A model generated the notes under the pieces. It was not told the origin of the DNA, searched no databases, and worked only from the letters and a program-made list of their open reading frames with translations. From NCBI GenBank assembly GCA_026390695.1, contig JAPLFL010000048.1, positions 339 through 64,338 of the forward strand: a stretch of DNA of 64,000 bases, read 5' to 3'. A program made the translations under genes and the position numbers. Positions 39,630-47,986 of the stretch are shown piece after piece; the stretch's first letter is position 1, and each line of letters starts with the position of its first letter. Source of the DNA: Candidatus Kapaibacterium sp. Lineage in GTDB: Bacteria; Bacteroidota; Ignavibacteria; Kapaibacteriales; UBA2268.

Positions 39630-40643
39630 ATGGATAATAAAAGAAGTAATACTTCGCTGATCAAAAAGTTTTTGGAAAAAAGCATGATAAGAATCGGACT
39701 ATTCGCAATGTTTATTTTTCTTCCCGCAGTATTATTAGCTCAAAGCTATAAATATACTATGCAGACCATTGGAAAACATGATGATGAAGTCTTAGGAGTT
39801 TTTGTCAATGAAGCAAACACCAAATTTGCTACTTGTAGCCTTGATGAAACTATAAAAATTTGGAGTTTACCAGAAGGGAAAGAACTTTTAACTCTCAAAG
39901 GACATCTCGGTGCTGTTAATAATATTTCATTCTCCGGCAATGACCTGTGGCTTGCAAGCGCATCTGCTGATAATACCGTAAGAATTTGGGATGTTAACGA
40001 TGGAAAAGAATTAAAAATTCTGAAAGGACATACCGATCAAGTAATCGGATGCTATTTTAGTCAGGATGACAGCTCCTTTTACGTTGCAAGTACAAGTTTT
40101 GATAAAACCGTTAAGTTATGGGATGTCCGTACCGGTATGGAAGTTAAAACGCTGCGTGGGCATACCGAATATACAAATAACGTTGCCTATAGCTATGATA
40201 AAAAATATATAGCTTCCTGCAGTGACGATAAAACTATTAAAGTTTGGTCAACCGATCAGACATCCAAAGAACCGATAATGACCTTGCTTGGGCATGAAGC
40301 TTCTGTTCTAACCTGCCTTTTCAGTTATGACTTTAAAACTCTTGCCTCATCGGATCAGGACGGCAATATATTAATTTGGGCAATTCCGAGCGGAAAGTTA
40401 GTCAGAACAATAAAAGCACACAAAGACATTGTCCAAGATGTTTCTTTTTCAGAAGATTCTAAAATTCTTCTAAGCGGTAGTCTTGATAAAACTGTTAAAC
40501 TTTGGAACGTTGCTACTGGAGCAAATATTATGACTTTCGATGTCGGTGCTGAAGTTTGGAGTGTTGATCTCAATAGCGATGTATCAATCATCGTTGTAGC
40601 ATGCGTAGATGGTACTGTCAGAATGTTAAAAAGAGTTAAATAA
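39630..40643 (+). CDS. Exported WD40-repeat beta-propeller protein
   Basis: About seven GH...WD repeats after a signal peptide; start may be at MIRIG. Confidence 0.92.
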   Translation: MDNKRSNTSLIKKFLEKSMIRIGLFAMFIFLPAVLLAQSYKYTMQTIGKHDDEVLGVFVNEANTKFATCSLDETIKIWSLPEGKELLTLKGHLGAVNNISFSGNDLWLASASADNTVRIWDVNDGKELKILKGHTDQVIGCYFSQDDSSFYVASTSFDKTVKLWDVRTGMEVKTLRGHTEYTNNVAYSYDKKYIASCSDDKTIKVWSTDQTSKEPIMTLLGHEASVLTCLFSYDFKTLASSDQDGNILIWAIPSGKLVRTIKAHKDIVQDVSFSEDSKILLSGSLDKTVKLWNVATGANIMTFDVGAEVWSVDLNSDVSIIVVACVDGTVRMLKRVK

Positions 40644-40660
40644 TTATTAAGGAGAATCAA

Positions 40661-41425
40661 ATGAATTTAAAAAAGATATTAAATTTTACCGGAAAGTGTG
40701 CTCTTATTGCCATTTCAGCAGCAATTATTTTTTTATTAAATATTAATCAAAGCAGAGCACAGGAAGGCTCATTGCTAAGTACCGTAATTTCTTTAACTGG
40801 TAACGCAATTAATGAAATAACCGGTGATCCCGTAACTGCTTTTATCACAATTTTTGATACCGATGGTAAAAAAGTCAACGGTGGGCGCAGTGATGCCACT
40901 AATGGCGGTTATTATTTTATTACCGGATTAAAACCTGGTAAAACTTATACTGTTGAAGTTAAACAAAAAAATTATTTTATAGAAAAATTCGTATTAGCCA
41001 TTTCAAAAGATGAAAGAACACCTGAAGTATCACATGATATATTAATGAAACCGCTCTCAGTCGGTACTGCCATTAAATTACGTGTTCCTCCATTTGAACT
41101 CAATAAGTCCAAACTTCGCGTTGGTAGCGAAATATTTCTTGAAAATATCAAGAGTGCTTTAATGACCAATCCAACTGTGAAAATTGAAATTTCATGTTAC
41201 CCTGATAATGCTTCAAATCTCAAAATTAACAAAGAATTAACGGAAGAACGTGCCAAGGCTCTTATGGCATACTTTACCTCTGCCGGGATTACAGCTGACA
41301 GAATTATGTCAAGTCACGGAAATGAGAAAATTGATCCTAATCCCAAGAACTCACCTCCTACAGGTAAATCCGCAAAAGGTAAAAGATATATCGGAACATC
41401 ATACATTATCGTTCGATTAGTCTAA
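40661..41425 (+). CDS. OmpA-like domain protein with N-terminal carboxypeptidase-regulatory-like domain
   Basis: FELNKSKL...NPTVKIEISCYPD...NKELTEERAKA..Y. Confidence 0.75.
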   Translation: MNLKKILNFTGKCALIAISAAIIFLLNINQSRAQEGSLLSTVISLTGNAINEITGDPVTAFITIFDTDGKKVNGGRSDATNGGYYFITGLKPGKTYTVEVKQKNYFIEKFVLAISKDERTPEVSHDILMKPLSVGTAIKLRVPPFELNKSKLRVGSEIFLENIKSALMTNPTVKIEISCYPDNASNLKINKELTEERAKALMAYFTSAGITADRIMSSHGNEKIDPNPKNSPPTGKSAKGKRYIGTSYIIVRLV

Positions 41426-41448
41426 CTCAACTTATCAAAAAGAAATTC

Positions 41449-41479
41449 AAACCCTTCCTAAACCGAAGGGTTTTTTTTT
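41449..41479 (+). terminator. Intrinsic terminator
   Basis: aaacccttc-ctaaacc-gaagggttt followed by a T-tract. Confidence 0.85.
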
Positions 41480-41527
41480 CTTGCTATTCCTGTGTCTATG
41501 CTATCATTTTTTTAAGCTATTTTACAT

Positions 41528-44104
41528 TTGAATGTAAGAATAATTAGAACTTTAAGATTGAACTTGATTTTATCAATTATTTCCAAAGCGAAAGAATTTA
41601 TTAATAGATTGGCCCAACTTATTTTCAGTCAGTTTATCATCCCATTCCTCCAAAAACTGAACCATTTTATTCTAAAGTCGCTTCCAAAGCCTTATATCAA
41701 TCGTTTCATTTCCACAAAAATTAGACTTTTACAACACTTTACCAAGAAATCTAAACCTATCATTGCTTGGCTTTCACATTACTATAAGCCTATTAATTTA
41801 TTTTTAGATAAGTATAAAAAGATAAAAAAATTATTACTAATCTTTCTTTACGGATTACTAATTTTTCTTTTCTTAGATTTAATATTCCCTGTAAATTCAG
41901 ATATAAAGTACTCTCAGACTCTTCTTTCAAGTGATGGGCAGGTTCTTGCAAGCTTCCTTAGTACAGATGGAATGTGGCGTTTTAAATCAGAATTAAATGA
42001 AATCTCTCCAAAACTGATCACAACAATAATTTTTAAAGAAGACCGATTTTTCCGCTACCATCCTGGCTTTAACCCATATTCAATTGTTCGGGCACTAATT
42101 TCAAATATTATAACGGGTAAACGTTCTTTTGGCGCTTCTACTATAACTATGCAGTTAGCCAGGATGCTCAAACCCAAAAAACGCAGCTATTTCAATAAAT
42201 TAATTGAAATATTCAGGGCTGTTCAACTTGAACTGCATTTTTCAAAGAGTGATATTTTAGAAATGTACCTTAATCATCTCCCCTATAGCGGTAATATTGA
42301 AGGTTGCAAAGCAGCATCAGTAATTTACTTCGGGACTTTACCCGATAAATTAAGTCTGGCTCAAGCAACAGCTATGGCCGTAATTCCTCAAAATCCAAAC
42401 AAATATAGGCCAGGGATTGAAAATGATCTTATTAAACTATTAAGAAATAAATTACTAAATAAACTTTTACTCAAAAATATTTTCAGCAGCGATGAAATTA
42501 AAACTGCATCCACTGAACCAGTAATAGCATCTCGGCACGAAATTCCACGATTAGCTCCACATCTGGCAGTAAGATTAAATCAGAGCTATCCCTTTAAACC
42601 CGTTATCAGAACAAAAATCAATTACCGGATTCAGTCCATAGCAAGCGATCTTACTCAAAATCATCTTATTAATCAACGAGAAAAAGGTATTTTTAATGCT
42701 GCTGCTATTGTGATTGATAATAATACACGCAATGTTATCGCTTATATCGGTTCCAATGATTTTTTTGATATGGTTCACTGCGGACAAGTTGATGGAATCA
42801 AAGCCATTCGCTCACCCGGAAGCGCACTTAAACCTCTTGCTTTCGGAATGGGATTTGAATTTGGTTTAATAACTCCAAAGTCACGATTATTCGATATTCC
42901 AATTCTAAATAGTGAGTTCAGCCCTGAGAATTTTACTGGTACTTTTAAAGGAGAAGTTGCTGCAGAACTATCCCTTATTAAATCGCTCAATGTGCCAGCT
43001 GTTCGACTTGTTCAAATGTTTAAATATCAAACATTCGTCGATCGGCTGATTAAGGCTCGGTTTAAAACTATTTCGAAACAAAGGAACAAACTGGGAATTT
43101 CAATAATCCTTGGTGGCTGCGGAGTTACGCTTGAAGAGCTTGCAAATATGTATTGTAGCTTTGCAAATGCCGGTAATATCAGCAACCTGAAATATTCAAT
43201 TTATGATACCGAATCTGCCTCAGAGCAAATTCTCAGCCCGGAAGCTTCATTTATGATTGCTGAAATATTGGCTAAATCCCCTCGTCCAGACTTGCTCTAT
43301 GGTTATCAGTCTCTTCAGGATATTCCTTTGATTGCCTGGAAAACCGGTACTTCTTATGGTAGGCGCGATGCATGGAGCATTGGCTTTAATCCTGAATACA
43401 CTGTAGCCGTTTGGTCGGGCAATTTTACCGGCGCACCTTGCGTAGAGCTCACGGGTGCTGAAGTTTCTACACCACTTATGTTTGAGATATTTCGTTATAT
43501 CAACAGAAATAATAAAACATGGTTTCATAAACCTGAAAATGTACTTTCAAGACTTGTTGATGAGCAAACAGGGCTGTTACCGGGAGAATTTACAAAAAAT
43601 ACAGTTGAAGATTATTACATACCGATGGTATCCACGATGGAAGTTTCGAATAATTTAGTAAAAGTTTTCGTTTCACTCGATGAACAGATTGCATATTGCG
43701 AAAAGTGTCTGCCAAACGGTAATTACAAACCGATGCTCTATCCAAAAATTCATCCCGACCTGATGTCATATTATGAAAAATATTCTATTCCATATCAAAA
43801 GATACCAGCACACAACCCTAATTGTAATCATTTATCTGAAGGTAATGCACCAGTCATATCTTTTCCGCTGAACGGACAGGAATATTTGTTAGAAAAAAAT
43901 AGTCAGCAAAAAATCCTACTCCAATGCTATTCACAGAACGATGTGCACGAAGTCTTCTGGTTTATAAATAATAAATTTTTCGCAAAAGCCTCAGCAAATG
44001 ACAAACTCTTTTTCGCTCCTGAAACAGCGGGTAAATATAAAATCTCATGCTCGGACAATCAGGGTAGAAACAGAGATGTGAATATTGTAGTAAAATTTTA
44101 TTAG
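41528..44104 (+). CDS. pbpC: Penicillin-binding protein 1C
   Basis: EDRFF.YHPG.N, GASTITMQLAR, RSPGSALKP, SLN, AWKTGTSYG.RDAW and a C-terminal BiPBP_C-like domain. Start position uncertain. Confidence 0.93.
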   Translation: MNVRIIRTLRLNLILSIISKAKEFINRLAQLIFSQFIIPFLQKLNHFILKSLPKPYINRFISTKIRLLQHFTKKSKPIIAWLSHYYKPINLFLDKYKKIKKLLLIFLYGLLIFLFLDLIFPVNSDIKYSQTLLSSDGQVLASFLSTDGMWRFKSELNEISPKLITTIIFKEDRFFRYHPGFNPYSIVRALISNIITGKRSFGASTITMQLARMLKPKKRSYFNKLIEIFRAVQLELHFSKSDILEMYLNHLPYSGNIEGCKAASVIYFGTLPDKLSLAQATAMAVIPQNPNKYRPGIENDLIKLLRNKLLNKLLLKNIFSSDEIKTASTEPVIASRHEIPRLAPHLAVRLNQSYPFKPVIRTKINYRIQSIASDLTQNHLINQREKGIFNAAAIVIDNNTRNVIAYIGSNDFFDMVHCGQVDGIKAIRSPGSALKPLAFGMGFEFGLITPKSRLFDIPILNSEFSPENFTGTFKGEVAAELSLIKSLNVPAVRLVQMFKYQTFVDRLIKARFKTISKQRNKLGISIILGGCGVTLEELANMYCSFANAGNISNLKYSIYDTESASEQILSPEASFMIAEILAKSPRPDLLYGYQSLQDIPLIAWKTGTSYGRRDAWSIGFNPEYTVAVWSGNFTGAPCVELTGAEVSTPLMFEIFRYINRNNKTWFHKPENVLSRLVDEQTGLLPGEFTKNTVEDYYIPMVSTMEVSNNLVKVFVSLDEQIAYCEKCLPNGNYKPMLYPKIHPDLMSYYEKYSIPYQKIPAHNPNCNHLSEGNAPVISFPLNGQEYLLEKNSQQKILLQCYSQNDVHEVFWFINNKFFAKASANDKLFFAPETAGKYKISCSDNQGRNRDVNIVVKFY

Positions 44105-44115
44105 ACAGTCAACCA

Positions 44116-45099
44116 TTATTTATTCTTATACCAAGCCACACTCCGACGGATTGCTTCCTCAAGTCCCACTGCAGGTTTCCAACCAAGCATACGTTTTGCC
44201 TTATCAATAGAAAACCAATAATTGCTCCCACCGTTTGATATACGGTAACGAGTCAATAGTGGCGGAGTTTTTACAGCAAATAGTAAGTAAATCATCTCCC
44301 AGACGAATGCAATCGCATATCCAACCGGAAATGGAATAGACATTTTCGGTTTTTTAAATCCTAATTCATCACAAAGTAATTCGGTAAATGTCTTCCAATC
44401 AATATCCAAGCCGTCTGTAATAAGGAAATCTTCTCCTGCAGCGTCCGGATGGAAGCATGCAAGAACTATGGCATCAGCAAGATTTTCTACATAAACAGGA
44501 CAAGTTTTAGTTAAACCACCCGAAACATAGCCACCTTTGCCATCTCTAAGAGCATCAAAATATTTTTCAATAAATGTATGATCTCTTGTCCCAAAAACAT
44601 TTCCAGGGCAAATTGATGTAAATTCCATAGGGCAAGTTTTTTCAAATTCATTAAGCCAAAGTGCAGACAAGCGCTTAGTTTCAACATAATGAAAGATAGA
44701 TTTTTTATAAGAGCTCAATTCGTTCAGTGGCTCAGGATCACCGAATCCATAAATTGCACTTGTACAAATATCGACAAATCTATGAACACCAGCTTCTGCT
44801 GCTGACTTTGCCACATTCTGAACACCTGCGACGTTTGCATTATAAAATGTGCTAAAATGCCCCCAATCGGACGCAAGAGCAGCATTATGAACTACCACAT
44901 CGACACCGGTCATAGCTCTTTTAACAGATTCAATATCGGTAATATCGCCATAATAAAGTTCAATATCGAAATCTATAATAAATTTCAAATCCGATGTTTT
45001 ACGGATTAATCCACGAACTGTGTGTCCGGCTGCGAGCAGTTTTTCAGCTATATGACTTCCGATAAAGCCATTAACACCTGTTATTAAGACCAGTGCCAT
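44116..45099 (-). CDS. NAD-dependent epimerase/dehydratase (3-beta-HSD-like extended SDR)
   Basis: TGVNGFIG, HNAA, YVETK. Confidence 0.9.
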   Translation of the reverse strand: MALVLITGVNGFIGSHIAEKLLAAGHTVRGLIRKTSDLKFIIDFDIELYYGDITDIESVKRAMTGVDVVVHNAALASDWGHFSTFYNANVAGVQNVAKSAAEAGVHRFVDICTSAIYGFGDPEPLNELSSYKKSIFHYVETKRLSALWLNEFEKTCPMEFTSICPGNVFGTRDHTFIEKYFDALRDGKGGYVSGGLTKTCPVYVENLADAIVLACFHPDAAGEDFLITDGLDIDWKTFTELLCDELGFKKPKMSIPFPVGYAIAFVWEMIYLLFAVKTPPLLTRYRISNGGSNYWFSIDKAKRMLGWKPAVGLEEAIRRSVAWYKNK

Positions 45100-45222
45100 A
45101 AATATAATCTTTGTATGTTTTACTTAAATCCAAAAATAACAAAAAAATATGGTATATTATTAATTTATACTTAAAATAAATTAACTACGTCATTATATCT
45201 TTTTTTACTCGGAAAATAGCTG

Positions 45223-46215
45223 ATGCAACAAAATTATAGAGTGGGAAATTTCGGTGGATTCTCAATGTTTCCACCTGTGATAAAGTTTTTATTAGTATCA
45301 AATGTAATAGTTTTCTTTTTTCAAGAAGTATTTCTTGGCATTTTAGGTGAATTTTTTCATGTTGGCAACCTACCACTTGAATATTTTTACATGAAATTTT
45401 TAGCTTTACAACCTGTTGCACCAAGTGGACATGAATTTAGTTCGAATTTCTATTTCTGGCAATTATTAACATATCAGTTCATGCATGGCAGCTTTTGGCA
45501 CTTATTTTTTAATATGCTTGCCTTATGGATGTTTGGTGCTGAACTGGAAACTTTGTGGGGTAGCAGGAAGTTTATCATTTACTATCTGCTTTGCGGAATA
45601 GGAGCCGGTCTTACTCAATTATACATTAGCCCTATATTTTCTTTTCCTGCACCAACAATAGGTGCTTCAGGAGCAATTTATGGGATATTAGCAGCATTCG
45701 GAATGAATTTTCCTAACAGAAAAATCATGATGTTTCCGATATTTATCCCAATTCCAGCAAAAATATTTGTAATAATCTTCGGAGCAATGGAATTGATCAA
45801 CGGATTGGGCAGTAGCGACGGTGTTGCACACTTTGCCCATCTTGGTGGCGCTGCTATTGGAGTTTTATTAGTTCTTTTCGGCGATAAGTGGGGAATATAT
45901 TCATTTTTTGATAAAATATTTTCAGCTAAGAAAGAACAAAAAATCGGTGGAAGTTCATTTGGTAATTTCGGTAGTGGACAGTACACTGGTCAGCAGCAGC
46001 AAAGTCAGCCAAAAGTAATTAAAACAAACTGGTTTAAAAAAGCCGATGATCCGCTACCAGTACCGCGTCCAAGCCAGACATTTACTAATAACGGCGAAGA
46101 AATTGATCAGCGAAGAATTGACGAGATATTGGATAAAATCTCTGCTCGTGGCTATCAGAGCCTGAATGACAGAGAGAAAGATATTTTAAATGAATTAAGT
46201 AAGAAGCTTAAATAA
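45223..46215 (+). CDS. Rhomboid intramembrane serine protease with C-terminal IDEILDKI domain
   Basis: WQLLTYQFMH, HLFFNM, GASG, AHLGG. Confidence 0.95.
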   Translation: MQQNYRVGNFGGFSMFPPVIKFLLVSNVIVFFFQEVFLGILGEFFHVGNLPLEYFYMKFLALQPVAPSGHEFSSNFYFWQLLTYQFMHGSFWHLFFNMLALWMFGAELETLWGSRKFIIYYLLCGIGAGLTQLYISPIFSFPAPTIGASGAIYGILAAFGMNFPNRKIMMFPIFIPIPAKIFVIIFGAMELINGLGSSDGVAHFAHLGGAAIGVLLVLFGDKWGIYSFFDKIFSAKKEQKIGGSSFGNFGSGQYTGQQQQSQPKVIKTNWFKKADDPLPVPRPSQTFTNNGEEIDQRRIDEILDKISARGYQSLNDREKDILNELSKKLK

Positions 46216-47298
46216 ATGAATAATACAACACTAAATATACAGGCGAAGATAACTCGCCGTCCTACACGCAAGGTATTTGTCGGGAATATTCCGATTGGCG
46301 ATGGGTCTCCAATATCAGTGCAGACAATGACCAAAACTAAAACAGCCGACGCTGTGGCAACCATTGAACAAATAAAACGTTGCCACGAAGCCGGAGTTGA
46401 TATAGTCCGTGTAACAGTTAATGATAAAGATGCTGCTGAAGCTATGTCAGCAATTGTTGCCGGAAGCCCAGTTCCAATCGTAGCGGATATCCATTTCAAC
46501 CATATTTTTGCTCTAAAAGCCATAGAAGCCGGTGTAGCAAAAGTTCGTATCAATCCGGGCAATATAGGTTCACGTGAAAGGATAGGACAAGTTCTTGCCA
46601 AAGCAAAGGAAAGAAATATACCTATTCGTATTGGAGTTAATTCCGGATCACTCGAACATGATATTCTTGAAAAGCATGGTTATCCTACTGCAGAGGCTCT
46701 TTTTGAAAGTGCAATGCGGCATGTTGAGATTGCTCAGGATTTTGATTTTGATAATCTGATTATTTCAGTAAAATCAACTAATGTTTCATTAATGATTGAA
46801 GCATATCGACTCCTGGCTTTGAGAACCGATTATCCGTTGCATCTCGGTGTAACGGAGGCTGGTTCTATTCGAGTTGGGACTATTAAATCCGCAGTAGGTA
46901 TAGGGGCACTTCTATCTGAAGGAATCGGTGATACAATACGAGTTTCTTTGACAGACGAACCCGAACGAGAGGTTGAAGTTGGCAAAGAGCTATTGCGCTG
47001 TTTGGGATTGACTCAACGTAGTGTTGAAATTATTTCATGTCCAACCTGCGGACGTTTGGAAGTAAATTTATTCAAAATTATTGAAAATCTTGAAAAAGCA
47101 ATTGTTAATATCAGAAAACCTGTTAAAATTGCTATTCTCGGATGTGCTGTAAATGGGCCAGGTGAAGCAAAGGAAGCAGATATAGGTCTTGCATGCGGCA
47201 AAGGTAGCGCCTTGATGTATAAGAAGGGTGAACTACTCAGGAAAATCAAAGAAGAAGATATAGTTTCCGAAGTATTAAAAGAGATTGAAGCTTTTTGA
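46216..47298 (+). CDS. ispG: 4-hydroxy-3-methylbut-2-en-1-yl diphosphate synthase
   Basis: VQTMT, ADIHF, RINPGNIG, HLGVTEAG, CPTCGR, GCAVNGPGEA. Confidence 0.97.
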   Translation: MNNTTLNIQAKITRRPTRKVFVGNIPIGDGSPISVQTMTKTKTADAVATIEQIKRCHEAGVDIVRVTVNDKDAAEAMSAIVAGSPVPIVADIHFNHIFALKAIEAGVAKVRINPGNIGSRERIGQVLAKAKERNIPIRIGVNSGSLEHDILEKHGYPTAEALFESAMRHVEIAQDFDFDNLIISVKSTNVSLMIEAYRLLALRTDYPLHLGVTEAGSIRVGTIKSAVGIGALLSEGIGDTIRVSLTDEPEREVEVGKELLRCLGLTQRSVEIISCPTCGRLEVNLFKIIENLEKAIVNIRKPVKIAILGCAVNGPGEAKEADIGLACGKGSALMYKKGELLRKIKEEDIVSEVLKEIEAF

Positions 47299-47318
47299 GT
47301 TTGTAAAGTTTCAAACTA

Positions 47319-47449
47319 GAGGCTGTCTCAAAAGCCTCATTTCTGTCATTCCTGCGAATGCAGGAATCCCCTAAAGTGGCACTGGAAGGAGATTCCTGCA
47401 TAAGCAGGAATGACATTTTTGTTAAATATGTGGCTTTTGAGACAGTTTC
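47319..47449. mobile_element. 131-bp MITE-like element (inverted copy of 8514-8644)
   Basis: TIRs gaggctgtctcaaaag / cttttgagacagtttc; internal gtcattcctgcgaatgcaggaatc...gattcctgcataagcaggaatgac. Confidence 0.85.
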
Positions 47450-47532
47450 AAGTTTTTCCCTCCGGTATTGGCTCTAGTAGAACATCTTCGGTTGGTTTCG
47501 TTTAATAAATATAAAAAGGTAAATTTAAATAA

Positions 47533-47569
47533 TAAAAAAGGCGCAACCAATATATGATTGCGCCTTTTA
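47533..47569. terminator. Intrinsic terminator downstream of the tRNA pair
   Basis: aaaaggcgcaa...ttgcgcctttt hairpin. Confidence 0.8.
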
Positions 47570-47575
47570 TTTAAG

Positions 47576-47648
47576 CTGCCCCGAGAGGGCTCGAACCTCT
47601 ACTCTTCTGATCCAGAGTCAGACGTGTTGCCAGTTACACCACAGGGCA
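47576..47648 (-). tRNA. tRNA-Gln (CTG)
   Basis: TGCCCTGTGGTGTAACTGGCAACACGTCTGACTCTGGATCAGAAGAGTAGAGGTTCGAGCCCTCTCGGGGCAG folds as a cloverleaf; CCA not encoded. Confidence 0.95.
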
Positions 47649-47862
47649 GGTTTGAGAAAGTAGAAGGTAGAAAAGTAGAAAAGTAGAAAAAGAGAAGAAA
47701 GAAAATAGAAAATTGTAGAGCGCGCTTTTGCTTTACATAAAATTTTAACTTCAAAAGAACTTTACTATTATAGAATTATTTTTTTGAAGGGTGCTAAATA
47801 ACAATTAGCCTTATTCTCAACTTTTTATTTTTCTACCTTCAAACTTTTGCCTTCTATAACCT
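47649..47862. repeat. Inverted pair of (A)AAGTAG(A) 7-8-mer tandem tracts between the tRNAs
   Basis: Left arm gaaagtagaaggtagaaaagtagaaaagtagaaaa; right arm ttttctaccttc...ccttctataacc. Confidence 0.65.
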
Positions 47863-47864
47863 CG

Positions 47865-47937
47865 TGGACCCGATGAGGGTCGAACTCACGACCTCTAGAG
47901 TGCGATTCTAGCGCTCTACCAACTGAGCTACGGGCCC
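47865..47937 (-). tRNA. tRNA-Ala (CGC)
   Basis: GGGCCCGTAGCTCAGTTGGTAGAGCGCTAGAATCGCACTCTAGAGGTCGTGAGTTCGACCCTCATCGGGTCCA; G3:U70 pair and A73. Confidence 0.95.
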
Positions 47938-47986
47938 GCCTCTCAAAAGGAATTCAAAATTACCACTTTTTTTTTATTTGACCAAA

